Below, piece by piece: positions 1 to 13,396 of a DNA stretch of 64,000 nt. Origin of the DNA: Basidiobolus meristosporus CBS 931.73 (Eukaryota; Fungi; Basidiobolomycota); NCBI GenBank assembly GCA_002104905.1, contig MCFE01000095.1, positions 62,001 to 126,000 of the forward strand, in the 5' to 3' direction. The notes under the pieces were generated by a model. The model saw nothing but the letters and a program-made list of their open reading frames with translations, was not told where the DNA came from and did not search any database. Both the position numbers and the translations under genes were made by a program. Within the stretch, counting starts at the first letter, position 1. Each line of letters begins with the position of its first letter.

Positions 1-1168
1 AGAACTGGAGATTTGACCTTAAATTATGTACATGGAAGGCCCCTAGATGAAAAATTAGAAAATCAAGTGCCAATAACAAGGAAGACAAAAATGCTTTAAA
101 AAGCAATGATAACCAGCAAAGAAGATACCCAAGACCTTTTAAAGGCTATAGCAACCTATTTGCAACTACTGCAAATGGAAAGTGTTGTATTATTAAATTT
201 TCACCAAAAATATTGTTGCTAACTTGGTCATTTAGATCTTATTCTTTGATTAGCAATTGGTCCTGACCAAATTTCTTGCTGGGATCTACTTGGAATATTT
301 GCACCAAGTTATCAGGTACCCAGATTTTGATCTTTCTCAAAGTTGTCCAAAAGCCCCCAAACTTTGCACACATATTCTTGGAACCCTCCTTAACAAACTC
401 TACTTGCTTGCTTGCTCCAGTTTATCAAAAGTATAAAAAACAAACTCTTGATCAAAAAATCTGCAGTGAATAGCCTGTAAGTCCCCTAGTTTTCCACCTC
501 ACTGCCAATACTCCTCATAAAATTGCAACTGAAAGGACACACATCAGACCAGTGCTTCAACAAGGGAGATAGTCAGCAGAAAAAGCCAGAATATGTAATT
601 GCTGCTAAAACTGAACATAGACTACTCAATTCTGCACTAAATATGTCCACAAACAAGGATTCTCATATGTGGTATATTGACTCTGGAGCATATCAAGACT
701 TTACAAACTAAAGTAACTTTTTACCCAATATCAAGAAATTGCAATTAAGAAGATTTTCTTGGGTGATACTAGTACACTTAATGCAGTGTGAGAAGGAACA
801 ATCCAAGAAAGCCTTTGAAGCAGTGAAGAAAGCCATACACTGAACTTTAAAGAAGTACTCTATGTACCAGAAATAGCCTAGAACCTACCATCCATAAGCA
901 AGGCTACAGCTGAAGGACTCAGTTCCAGCTTTGACAATTCTGGAAGCAGGATCACTATTCAAAGTGGTACTTATATTGCTTTATGCATCAAAGATCAAAA
1001 TCTGTGTAAGTTGACTTATATAACATCATTCTGGAAGCCTAGTTAAGTAAGTTGGATGATAACACACCAATGCTTTGGCAAGGGAGATTTGGATGTATCA
1101 ATGTTGCTTATTTGTGCAAAATGACCAACAATTTGGTAATTTCTGGAGTAAAAATTGATCCCCCAGCT
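1..1168 (+). mobile_element. Ty1/copia family A internal fragment (gag C-terminus, protease, GAG-pre-integrase), decayed, interrupted by a solo LTR
   Basis: Colinear with 34484-35300 of the full-length copy; protease motif MWYIDSGA in ORF 523-711; breaks off after GATCCCCCAGC at ~1168. Confidence 0.9.
183..530 (+). repeat. Solo LTR related to copia family A
   Basis: Starts TGTTG, ends TGCAACT (degenerate CAACA), 348 bp; 5-bp TSD GAAAG at 178-182 and 531-535; shares CTGACCAAATT, TTCTCAAAGTTGTCCAAA and CTTTGCACACAT with LTR 33590-33938. Confidence 0.85.
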
Positions 1169-1169
1169 T

Positions 1170-1800
1170 GGTTTGCAAGAAGAATGTGTTGTTTGGATCA
1201 TGACAAATAATAGTTATTCAATGCAATTGCATCATCTTCTCCTGGGTCTTCATCTTACAAGGACTACTACTGAAGTATTTGGTAGTGATTTACTTTGCCC
1301 ACCTACATTACTTTCTTGTTGAATATCATCTTGGCTACTTGTGTATTTGTTGGTATTTTGCCACCCAGTTGATGAGTGCAATGCCACAGCTTGGCTGCAC
1401 TGAGTTGCGCTGGATGATGGTACTAAGTTTGCCTGAAGTGCCACATGCTGACACATTCTTCTACTTGCCAAAGGCTCTGGTGGTGGAGGCACTTTATGTG
1501 ATTCATCATCAGTCACCGGGTGGGTGTAATGGCATGTGCAGGCGCAACTCAATGTGTTGGCAGGGCCCTTAGCTGAGCTTGATGTGATGCAGCATGTTGA
1601 CGCAACTTGGCCTGCTCTAATGGACTTGTGTCTAAATTAGCAGTTTGGCAAGTTTTGGTAGTTTTGCTTAGAAGCATGCACATTGACTTGATCCAAGGCA
1701 CTCTTGTGAAGGGTGTTGGCAGAGTTTGAACTAACATGCACCAGTGTATTGAAGTTGTAAGGAATGGCAAGGAATCCAGCAAGATATGCTGGTGCAATAT
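1170..1800 (-). repeat. Unclassified dispersed repeat Y, fragment
   Basis: Aligns by eye with 6540-6800 and 10215-10310 (same strand) and 24480-24990 (opposite strand); no recognisable protein motif. Confidence 0.7.
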
Positions 1801-2903
1801 GGATGTTGCTTGTGGTCTGTTTTCTTCCTCTTGAAGCTCACCTTGCAGTTCCTCAATATATATACTTGCCCTCTGTCTGATACTTTAGAACTGTTGGCTA
1901 GATGAGTCTGTGTATATTGCTTGATTGAGCTCTTATCAAACAACACTGCCATGAATCTGATAAGCTTCTTTACTTTGGTATTCTACATTCTGTATGCCTT
2001 ACTCTCATTGCAGTAGCCCACAAACATGCATCTTACATTATTTGGCTTAAATATTTACTAATATCTGGGCAGCTTTTTGACATTTGCTGTGCACACAAGT
2101 ATTCTCAGATACCCTGCACCTAATGTGTTTCTAAGGTATGCTTTAAATGGTGAAGAACTACAAAGTATTTTGCAATAACTCCTATAATTGCAATATACAC
2201 CTGCAGCAACTGATTCAGCCCAAAAATCAAAGGAGAATTTCTGATCATGGAGCATAGACCTTACCATAGCAATGATTGATCTATTTGCATATTTTGCTAC
2301 ACTATTTTGCTTAAGAAAATATGAAACAGTAGTCTCTTGCCTTATCCCATGAATCTTGCAGAAGTGAATGAAAAGCTATGAGGCATATTTTGTACTGTTG
2401 TAAGTCCATATTTCCTTGAGTTTAATCAATTGCTCTCTCCACTGGTGCTTTAAGCTTCCTGAGATTAGACAAGGTTTATTCTTCTCCGTCCATTCAGTAG
2501 ACTCACATGCACCCTATAAAGTAATTAATAAAAGTGAAGAAATTCTTCCTCCTACCTAAAGATAAATTTTGTATAGGTCCACACAGATCTGAGTGAATTA
2601 GATCTAAGTGCTTCTTAGTTTTGACTAGCCCTAAGCTCTTGAATGGTTATATGGCATTTTCCTATATATGCAGGCCTCACAGTGCTCCCAATTAGCTGGG
2701 GGCTCAATTTTTACACCAGACATTAGCTGAACTCCAATCACTTTGCACAAATAATCAATCCCAAAGTGTTCAAATCTCTGTGCCCTAGTAGTGGTGCTTC
2801 TTCATAAGGTCCACACTTTTCTGAGTTAATTAGACCTAGTTGTTTGTTAGTGTTGATTAGCGCAGAGCTCTTGAATGCCTGTCTGGCTCTTTTCCCATAT
2901 ACT

Positions 2904-3562
2904 TGATTTAAGAGTCTTGCAAATTTTGGAAGTGATCAGGAGAACAAGTAGATTGTGTGGCTTTTATTTAATGAATTATTGAATGTAAAATGTAGTTCTT
3001 ATACTTTTACATGGTTGTGGCTTAAAAAACATGTTGAATAGGCTCAGAAAGGTTGCAACAACATATATGTTCAGTTTGGGGATGCTTGGATAGCTTTGTA
3101 ATTTTCATGTTCTGGGTGCCTGATATTTGGTGAAATATTTTAGGTAACTTCCAATTAAAAGTTTGATGGGCATTCTCTAGAGTTTGTGGGTCATGATCTT
3201 AGTGGCTTAGTTAGGTCAATACATATGTGTGTTATGATCTACTGCTTGAATATCAGTGTTATCTATCAAATCAGTAGCACTAGCCAGCAGATGAATCAGC
3301 AGATCCTTATCAGACAGGAATAGATATATTAAGTTTGACTTACTGGGTGATGATGATGCAATCAAATGAGTCATCAGCCACAACCTACATTAGGAAATAC
3401 AATTAGTCAGCAATTAATCTGGCAAAATGTATATAAGGAGCTGCTGGAACCTCAATAAAAATCAGTTCAAGTTTTAGTGAATACAATACTAGCTTAACTC
3501 CCTATTCTTCTACAACTCTTGTACCAAGACTTGTAACATGTGGAATTATGATTTTTACAACA
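2904..3562 (-). repeat. Copia family A LTR (minus) split by a gypsy B solo LTR
   Basis: Reverse complement of LTR-A (TAAGAGTCTTG ... TTTTTACAACA); both halves flank 3230-3538; own TSD not recognisable. Confidence 0.75.
3230..3538 (+). repeat. Solo LTR of gypsy family B
   Basis: TGTTA...TAACA; homologous to 17972-18340; flanked by 4-bp TGTG on both sides. Confidence 0.85.
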
Positions 3563-5399
3563 ACAACCAGACTTACAGTGCTCCAAATTTGCTGGGAGAT
3601 GAATTTTTACTCCAGTAACTAGCTGAAGTCCAATCACTTTGCACAAATAATCAAAACTAATGTGTACAAATCTCTGTGCCACAGTAATGGTGTTCCTTTG
3701 TTCAAGTTACATATATTCGCATTCAAATACTCTGAAATATATGAAAACATATATCAATTCTGATCCCCAAAATGCAAAGCAAAATGGGCACCATTTTGAT
3801 CAGTGATACGGCATCCAGAATTGTCAAAACCAAAACTGAGCCCTTGATTGTGGTCTTGGTCACAGATAGCTGGTTATTAGCTAGTTCTGGTACATTCAGT
3901 ACTTCTTTGAAGACAAGCATGAGGCTTTATTCACCACTTGTAAGGTTCACTAGGATAGTTCTTTCTATAACTGCATCAAGTGCTTTATAGTCACAAATGG
4001 AAACCTTTGCAATTGGAATTTCTTGATTTTGGATAAATAGTTTTCTATGGAGTGTAAAGTCTTGAGATGCTCCAGAGTGAATGCACCATATCTGAGAATC
4101 CATGTTTGAGGGCTTATTTAGTGCAGATATCAGTTGTCTATCTTCAGTTATTAGAGTATTTCCATATTTATGCTTTTTTCTGTTGATTAACTGTCTTTAT
4201 AAGGCACTCATCTATTGTGTGTCTGTTTGATTTGCAGTAAGTGTGACACAGGTTGTAGCTACTTTTGAGGGGTCCTGAGTACCACCTGTGTTGGTTTTCA
4301 TTGCATATTACAGTATTTTCTTCATCCTTTGTATTGGTGCTTGCTTTTCTTGATTTGTCATCCAGAAGCCTCCCCCATATGTGCTTTAATGTGAAATCAT
4401 CAGTTCCAAACTCTAGGGTTAATACATTACCCTGAAATAACTCTCTCAGACTATTCAAGATGGTAACTTTCACATCCTCATCATTAGTTGGCAAACTGGC
4501 TGTTTCCATATCACCAAGCAGCAGGGTAAGTTTCTTGACCATATTTCTCATTTCTTCTCTTGGCAGCATCTTAGTTGCAAAGAATATTTGTCAAAGATAC
4601 ATCTGCTTAGCAGCTGTTCTTGACCAATATTTGTTTTCTAATGCCTTCTAGAAATTCTTTGCCATTTTGCTCCTGGGTAACAAATTGGCAATTTGACTTA
4701 AACATCAAGACAAGTGCTGCTCAATGCACTTTGTTCTTTATTCAAATACTTCAAGGCTTCCTTTCCTATGTTCTTATCAGGGCACTCTTATCCCATGGCA
4801 GCATTCCAGAGGCCACTTTCCTGTAACAGCATCTTTTACTTTGCCTTCCAGAGAGGGAAATTAGACCCACCCAGCTTTTCAAGGTGAAGAGGGACAGCTA
4901 GGGGCTCATAACCTGTAATAAGTATCTTGGAGACATTGGAAATGATTTGGAGAACAAGTAAACTATGTGACCTTCACCTGATGATTTATTGAATGCAAAA
5001 GATGTTTGATACTTTTACACGGTCTTGCATAAAAGCACTTAATATATGCTCAGGAAGATTCCAAGAGCATATATGCAAAGTTTGCAGCTGTTTGGACAAC
5101 TTTGAGAACTCTGATGTTCTTAGTACTTGATGTTGCAGTGAGAATATTTGAAGTAAATTCCAACAAAAAATTAGTCAGTATACAATAAGACTGGTAGGGA
5201 ATACCTTAAGTGACAACATTATGTACTTACTTAGGTGGAATCTTTAGCTTTTACAGCAGTTTTACTAGAACCATATAAAAGTATAAACACTACTTGTATA
5301 TTCAATAAATTGTATACATAATGGTTCTCTTGATTACTTCCAATATCTCCAAGATTTTTACTACACATAAAGGCACTCATGACCCTTTAAAGGCAAGTC

Positions 5400-5955
5400 T
5401 CAAGTTTGATCTTCCAACAGTGCTTAATACCTTGCTTAAGAGCTATATAGAGTCTCATTAGTAGTCTAAGGCTTAGCAGTATGGACTTAATGTGTATAGG
5501 CTAAGTTTGTACCCTCACTCATTCAGCAAGTTTGACTTTATCTAATCTAACTGGATTTCCTGTTGTATAAGATTAGAGTGATCACTGTTGGGATACTTCT
5601 AGACACTAATTGTTGCTGAAGTATAGCTGTAGAGTTCTCTGGAGTGATATAACTCTCATTGTTTGCTCTGATTTAATTCCATTCATATTTCAACTTCATA
5701 TTGAGTTCTTGGCATCATTGGATGTTATTATTGCAAAATTCTGAATATTAATCAAATAACACATTGGTAGACTTGGCCAGCATCTTTGTTTTGGTATCAT
5801 AGATTTTGCATGCTTTGATGTCATTGCAGTAGTCCAAACATGAACTCTTTGTATTTTTGGCTCAAGTCTTGACTAGGTTCCAGACAGTTTCCTGCTATAC
5901 ACTATGCAACCAAAAATTCTTGGTACTTTGTACTTGATCTACTCCCATTTTATGA
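5400..5955 (-). mobile_element. Decayed copia integrase C-terminus/spacer fragment
   Basis: Reverse complement resembles 35850-36400 (EPK-TKSSCLDYCNDIKACKIY, equivalent to KCIFLGY-ESKAY). Confidence 0.65.
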
Positions 5956-5959
5956 CTTT

Positions 5960-6822
5960 CAAGTGCAAAGGTTATAAGACTTCTGTTACATCACTTGCAT
6001 GGTTGGGTATTCTGAATGTGGACTTTACTACATCAGTAAAGATATTGCAAAGCTCTCAATAGCCCAATCTAAGTTTTTGAAGGAAACTGCAACTTTCTGG
6101 TTAGAAAACTCCTCTTTAAGAAACATATAAATAAAGATATATGTGTATTAAAATATAAATATTCTATGCTGATGCCTGCCATTTTTATTACCATTGCTCC
6201 TGTTGGATGAGATGTCAGTTGTTGTTTGGTCTAAAAGTATCCCAAGGCACCAAGCCCCCAGTTGACTCATTGACCGCACTTAACCTATATAATTTGCCAT
6301 TATATATTGAGTTGTGCTTATTCAGCAAGTGAATTCCTGATTTTAGTGATTGGACAAGGTTTCATAGCTGGCACAATTAATTGCATTGTTGCTAAACAGA
6401 TCTAATGGCCACACTGGTGGTACAGATGATGTACACATATGTAGGGTGTGTTTATAAAGGGTTTGGTCTCAAATGCTAGACAACCTTGTTAGAGCATATT
6501 AAGTATTACTGACCATTGGTGAGCAATGGCTCAAATAGGAAGTAAGAAAACATGTTGTATGGATTATGACAAATAATGGTGATTTACTCTGCACAACCAA
6601 ACTACTTCCTTATCAACTATCATCTAGGATACTTATGTATTAGTTATTCATATTTTGCTGCCTGGTTGATGAGTGTAGTGTTATAGCTTGGCTGAGCTGA
6701 ATTACTTCAGAGGATGTTACAGACTGGCTTGAAGTGCCACATGCTGATGCACTCTTTTATTTACCAAAGGCTCCTACTGTGGATGTATTTCTAGTGGGTC
6801 TTTGTTGGTCAGTTCTCAAGAA
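5960..6822 (-). repeat. Unclassified dispersed repeat Y, fragment (target of copia C insertion; continues at 10203-10532)
   Basis: 5960-6125 aligns with 44880-45050; 6190-6380 with 29040-29650; 6540-6800 with 1180-1500. Confidence 0.7.
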
Positions 6823-7647
6823 GTAACTGTTGAAATATTGAACTATTTGGTATTATTGTGCAGTGAAAAATTTACTTAACAATTCTGGACTAGTCTTAGT
6901 AAATGTAGGACAACTTACAGCCCCAACTTTGCCACCTTTGTCAGATCCATGATCCTATGATAATTCCACCATAGTCAAGATCAAACTAACACTTTCACCA
7001 AACATTATGTAATAACCCTGAAGCTGTTACAGAATGCTTCTCAATGCTGAGAAACTCTCCTTACCTAGTGTTACAGCTGAATTACTGCTACAAAGGTCCA
7101 AGACTTAGCTTTTTTATGAGTAAACAACAGTTCACTATTATCACTATTTCTTGATAGACTCCTTATATCCAAATCACTTCGTATATTTCAGCAGATTATG
7201 TGCCCTGATTACTTTAATCCACTCTAACAATAACTAACCCTGATTACATTAATTTACTCTAACAATGACTTCTACCAGCAAACAGAATAATCTAATATCT
7301 TCCCTGTAAAGGAGAGGTTTGATGGGAAGAACTATAGACTTTGGAGAATCAAAATGCAGATCCACCTTGAGGAAAGAAAGCTTTGGAATATAGTCACAGG
7401 AAAAGTGGTTGAGCCCAAAGGAACAGCACCAGTGGTGGAGAAGTTTCAAGAGAAGGAGACAAAGGCCTTCAATGCCATATGTATATTTATATGGCAAACA
7501 AGCTAGGTAATATTTCAGAAGCTCAGAAGGCTTTGACACCACCAGAATATTGGCTATTGTACACTCAGACATGTGTGTTCCCATGAGAACACTGTCCTTT
7601 GAGCCAAGAGATACTTTAGGACATTCATCCCTTACAGACACTCACGT

Positions 7648-8719
7648 TGTAGTGGGGTGACAGTGACACCCACTGACAGATGTGCTCATTCCCATATTTT
7701 CTACTTCCCTATATCCCTACTACACTCATTTTAGTTTTATCCCATTTGTCTTACCCAATCAGTACTATCCCATAAGCCGGTTGACTATCACACCTGCTTA
7801 CCTTATTGCATAAGTTACCCCTCACTTTATGTAAGATTACTAGTTACAAGTGCTTCTATATTAGGCAAGTACCCGCGCCAGTACCTGTGACACATGATCA
7901 ACCCGTGACACCATCCCTACCATTTCCATACCATATATGGTATCCCCATGTTACACAGGTTTCAGAATACTGATTCCTGATTGGTTGGATGTGCTGTGCC
8001 TCTTAGAACCTTCCGGCACCTACTTAGAACATTCTTAGGTCATTCTGATGTCATTAAGATTTCTATTGAACTCCAGAACCTTCTGGAACACCATGATTAG
8101 TAATCACTTAGCTAGTGAAGAAAAGTATATAAGGGAGGCTATCCCTCAACAATAAATCATCATCCCTTTTATCAATATACCGACTTGTTGATTAGTGTGA
8201 TCACTGCTACCTGCTGCTACCTGAACTTCCAACCCTAGACCACAGGACACTCCCAGGAAACCGCGCTGACAGCCAACTGACCTTGGAGGCACTACTTGTG
8301 AGGAATACTCAGAGTAGGTATCTTTTATTATATTTGATTCTTTCCCAAGTTTGTTCTTGTACAGGCAAAGATACTTTTCTGTCTTTGTAACTATTGACCA
8401 CAGCTGCATTCTTATCAAGTCCCTGCTGGTGGAGTTTACAGTTGTTTTGACTTTGGAAGCTTTAGTACATTGTCATCTCAAAGGACGCTGAACCCAGCAC
8501 ATACTTTTGTTAAGACGCCAACTAAGTTGGGGATTGTAGCTCAATAGTTTTCCCTTGACAAGCTTGTGGCTTTATCCCCCTTCACATTAGATTAGAGACA
8601 GAACCCAAGCATTCCTAGCAAGCTTTTGCCAGAGGTTATCGCACCCAGTGAACACCCCACACACAAAACACTTGAGAAGTGTTGGACGTATCTCTCCCTT
8701 GGACCTATACACCACCACA
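7648..8719 (+). repeat. Solo LTR family D (1072 bp)
   Basis: TGTAGTGG...CCACCACA termini; TATA-like TATATAAGGG ~8127; 4-bp TSD ACGT; second copy at 46094-47162. Confidence 0.85.
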
Positions 8720-9731
8720 ACGTTGATTAGAATTCAGTAATTTAGGCCCAAGAAAATATGATTTTTCACTAATTGGCTCATTTCCAGTTCCCCAATGCAT
8801 CCTAGCCTCCTATGCCACATTGCCCAGTTAGTCTCATCAGTTTCAGCAATGCCCACATATGCGGGTATAGTGGTCTTGCATTGTAACTTATAGATATTGT
8901 GAACTCTGATTCCCAAAGCTAATTTTAGTCCATTTTTACGCAATATTGAGCAGCTTGGATTGGTAAAAACAGATTTCAGTCCCAGAGTAGTTGCTTTACT
9001 GCCTGAGAGTAAGTACTTAGCTATTGCAGGTATATAGGGTATGTCAGTTAGTTTTGCTGATGTAGCCCCCAAGATATTACTCACAATCAGTTGTATAGAC
9101 CCACTGGCAGTAGCTTACAGTGCAGAGTTGCCTCCCAGATAAGGGGATGAATGACTGAAAGTATATCTTGGCTCAAAAGGACAGTGTTCTCATGGGACCG
9201 CACATGTTTGAATGTACAATAGGCAATATTCCAGTAGTGTCAAAGCCTCCTGAGCTTCTGAAATATTACCTAGCTTGTTTGCCATATGAACATACATTGA
9301 AGGCCTTTGTCTCCTTTGCTCAAAACTTCTCCACCACTTCTGCTGTTCCTTTGGGCTCCACTGCTTTTCTTGTGACTACATTCCAAAGCTTTCTTTCCTC
9401 AAGGTGGATCTGCATTTTGATTCTCCAAAGTCTATAGTTCTTCCCATCAGACTTCTCCTGTATAGGGAAGATATATTTATTGTTCTGTTTGCTGGTAGAA
9501 GTCATTGTTAGAGTAGATTAAGGTAATCAGGGCACATTATCTGCTGAAATATAAGAAGTGATTTGGATATAAGGAGCCTATCAAGAAAAAGTGATAATAG
9601 CAAACTGTTGTTTACTCATAAAAAGCTAAGTATTGATACCTTTGTAGCAGTAATACAGTGGTAACACTAAGTAAGGAGGGTTTCTCAGCATTCAGGAGCA
9701 TTCTGTAACAGTTTTAGGGTTAGTACCTAAT

Positions 9732-9942
9732 AGACTTGTTCCATTGTGACATTGATCATAGTGCCAGAAAGTGCTGTATATTTTGTTATTATTTTGATAT
9801 TTCAGGGTCATATGCATGTCAATTTTGATCCCAAATTGGCACTGTATGGCACCATCTGGGACTCTGTGGCATGATCAGGCACCATCTGACATGCTATGGC
9901 ACTGTTGGGCACTATAATCAGCTGGAATGATGGAACAAGTCT
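9732..9942. mobile_element. MITE (211 bp) inserted in a copia C LTR
   Basis: Perfect 13-bp TIR AGACTTGTTCCAT, imperfect to ~36 bp; 3-bp duplication AAT relative to the uninterrupted LTR (GTACCTAATGTATGG at ~20003); no ORF. Confidence 0.85.
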
Positions 9943-10537
9943 AATGTATGGTAAAAGTGTTAGCTTGATCTTGACTATAGGGGAATGATCATATAATCAT
10001 AGATCTGAAGAAAGTGGCAAAGTTAGGGCTGTAAGTTACTCCTACCATGACTAAGACTAGTCTAGAACTGCTGAGTAAGTTTTTAGCTCCTGACTTATAC
10101 CAAGATGTTCAATATTTCAACATACACAACAGTTCAGCTTTGATGACTTTTTCTTCATAATCTCCTTATATCCAAATCACTTCTTACATTTGCAACAGTA
10201 ACTTGCAAATGTCCAGGTGTAATGGTATTGCAGGCACAACAGAACACATTGACATGGCCCTTAGCTGAGTCCAATGTGATGCTACATGCAGATGCAACTT
10301 GGCTTGCTATAGTGGGATTGAATCTAATTGAGTAGTTTGGCAGGTTATTATTGTTTTGCTCCGGGCCATGTGCATTGGCCCCAAGTGTGTCTACTAAGTA
10401 CAAGGCTCCTTGCTCAAGCATATTGGTGTTTATGGGACTTGCACACACTGGTGTGCTGGCACTGCAAGGCCCAATATTAAATACAGCAAGGCATGCCAGA
10501 GCAATCTGCGTACAGTGGCCTGCAAAGTTCTGGATAC

Positions 10538-10905
10538 TGTTGAAATATTGAGCTATTTGGTATCATTCAGCAGCTACAAATTTACTTAACAATTCTGGAC
10601 TAGTCTTGGTCACTATGGGACTAGTTTACAGCTCTAACTTTGCCACTTTCTTCAGATCTATGATCTTATGATTATTCCCCTATGATCAGAATGAAATTAG
10701 CACTAATACTAACTATTATGTACTAACCTGGAACTGTAACAGAATGCTCCTGAATATTGAGAAACCCTTGTTATTTAGTGCTACAGCTGTATTACTTCTA
10801 CAAAGGTATAAATACTGAGCTTCTTTACTAATAAACAACAGTTCAACTATTATCACTATTTATTGATAAGTTCCTTATATCCAAATCACTTCTTAAATTG
10901 CGACA
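10538..10905 (+). repeat. Solo LTR of copia family C
   Basis: TGTTGAAATATTG...TTGCGACA, 368 bp, 5-bp TSD GATAC at 10533-10537 and 10906-10910. Confidence 0.9.
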
Positions 10906-13396
10906 GATACAACAAACTTCTCAAGAAATTATGATAATAGCAGAACTGTTGTTTAGTTGTAAAGAAACTCTGTATCAGTACCCTTGTCAAAGTAAGACAA
11001 CTATAACATTATGTAATGAGAGTTTCCTACCTTTCAAGAGTATTCTGTACTGGTCTTAGGGTGAATACAAAATGCTAGGTGAAAGTGCCAATTGGATCTG
11101 GTCTATAGCGGAATAATCATGGGATAACAGATCAGAAAAAATGTGGCCCAGTTGGGGCTGTAAGCTAGTTGTACAGGGATTAAGACAAGTCCAGAATTGC
11201 TAATTTAATTTTTAGTGGCAGAACAATACCAACTTGTTCACTATTTCACCATTCCCCCTTGGCCAAATAATTTCAAAATCCTAATTTCACTCTGAGATTC
11301 TCAAATTGAGGCTCAGCTAAATGTTTTTTGAGTATACTGCCACCACTTTGTCAGTAGGTCAGTATACTAACTCCACTTGGTTATTTCCTACAGCTTCCCT
11401 CACAAAGTGTTGTTGTAGATCCATGAGCTTAGTTCTGGCATGATTAGTAGAATTCCTGGCTAATGGAATGCAACTCTGACTATCCCTGTAAATACATAAT
11501 AGTCCATATGAGTTAAAACATGGGTCTTTGTATAGTTCATGCAATCATATAGCCTCCTTGATTGCGTGGCAAGCAGCCATCTAGTCAGCCTCAGTTGTAA
11601 ATAGGGCCACAGTTGGTTGTTTCTTGCAATTTCAAGCAATTGCCACACCAGCATACACAAATACATACCCAGTGGTAGGGCATCTGTTGATTAGATTCCT
11701 ACCCAGTCTGGATCAGTATAGCCATATTAATCTAAGCCTATATGTGGCTCCAGAGTATTCCAAAACCGTATTGTTGGTATCATGCAGATATCTGAAGATT
11801 CACTTAACAGCTGCAATTTGACCAGATGCATAATTCAGCATGAGCCGGCTGAGTGGTTCAGCTGCCACTGCAGTATCTGGACATGTAAGAACCATTAAGC
11901 ACATCAGGCTACCAAACATCAATTGACAGGTAGTTTATTGGCCCATATTGGAGCTGTTTTACTCCAAGCTGGCAGCAATTTAATTTATTTCAGGTTTGTA
12001 TCCTTGTTGGCTGCTGCAGGATTGCAATTTCTCATCTGGAAGCATCAAAGAAAGTCCCTGATGTGCTTTGACTGATTCTGGGCAGTTTTCTGTGTAGATA
12101 TGTTAAATTTTACTTCAGGTCCAAGAACATGGCTCAATTTTCCAATATCTTTCATCACAAACTTGTTGAACAGGTCAAATTTTGCATGTTTAAGCACCTC
12201 CTGGTCACTATTAGCTATTTTTAGGTTGTCTGCAGAAAGTACCAGGATAGTCACTCCCTTCTTTAAGCTGCTTCACATATCCACTGTGATCTGTGGTACT
12301 CTAAAGGAATCCAATCTCTTCTAGTTATGTGTCAATCTACTTATATTATGCTCTAGGATCCTGCTCAAGCCAATACATCTATTTCCTATGTCTGCACACC
12401 TTATAGGGCGTATTGAATCAGCAACCAATCTAGCTTTGCACTTAACAATGGTACAGTTTGAGGCTGTCTTGGTCTTCTAGACCCTTCTATATCCTATTGG
12501 CTTTCTCCTACCTGGTCAATCTACCAATCCCCACATTCTTGACCTGATCAGTAATTGCTACTTGTCCTTTATGGCTTGTTACCACAAGGTAGCCTCAGGA
12601 CTTTGCTTTGCATGCTCCAGATTCTGAGATTAGGCACATAAGGCAAGATTAGCTTCTTCATGGTTATTGGATATCTGCCACCAAGATCCAGGGGCACATC
12701 TTGCTCTGGTAGTTATCCTAACAAGGAAAATTTGCTGTGATCTGGAACTGGTAGAGTTTTCTTTTGTATCTAGCTGAATTAGGTATGTATCTACTTCATC
12801 AATGGTGATTGCATCATCAGATTGCTGGCCAAAAATCTCAATGGCTTTGTGATACAAGCTCTCCTCATATACAATATCTCCGCTCTTGATTAGCTTCCAA
12901 TTTTGCCATCATACACTATACACTTTGATATCTTTGTAGTGGCTAAGAACTATCCCTTTTCTACTTTTTGGTTCCAATGTTGAGCACTTATTTAAGGAGG
13001 TTATAGAATTCATCACTACCAAAGATGAGGTGTGGGAGGTCTTGTTTTTGCCTGTATATGCTTCAGAGTGTGTAAAATCACAGTGCTGCTGCTGGGCAAA
13101 CATTGTTAGTGCATACTTTCATAGTAACAGTTATACCCCAAAACTTGTAGTCCATTCCTTTTTCATATAGCATAGATTTTCCCATCTCTACTATTGTTCT
13201 GTTTACATGTTCTACTACTTCATTTTGCGGTGGAGTATGATGAACAGGCTCTGTTGAAGTATATTAGTAGTAGAGTTGTACTTTGCAGACTTCTTTGAAC
13301 AGTTTTCCCCTCCATTGTCACTTTGAAGTATCTTTAATGTACAGCCAGTTTGTGCGTCTGCCACATTCTAGATGTGCTTAAACATTTCCAAAGCCT

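Larger units (their letters stand above)
1900..5258 (-). mobile_element. Decayed copia family A-related element, 5' part (5' LTR 4914-5258, PBS, gag, protease, integrase) with nested LTRs
   Basis: Reverse-complement PBS GGTTATGAGCCC at 4902-4913 abuts the LTR; gag ORF 4168-4569; integrase ORF 2058-2267 (RSMLHDQKFSFDFWAESVA) followed by a KCMFVGY-SKAYR motif; segment 2600-2900 duplicated. Confidence 0.85.
6828..10197 (+). mobile_element. Rearranged copia family C insertion containing an inverted copy of itself
   Basis: 5' LTR 6828-7193, PBS variant GATTATGTGCCC 7194-7205, gag start (FDGKNYRLWRIKMQIHLEE); minus-strand copy ~7630-10122 with LTR 9541-10122; 3' LTR remnant 10125-10197; TSD GTAAC at 6823-6827 and 10198-10202. 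Confidence 0.8.
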
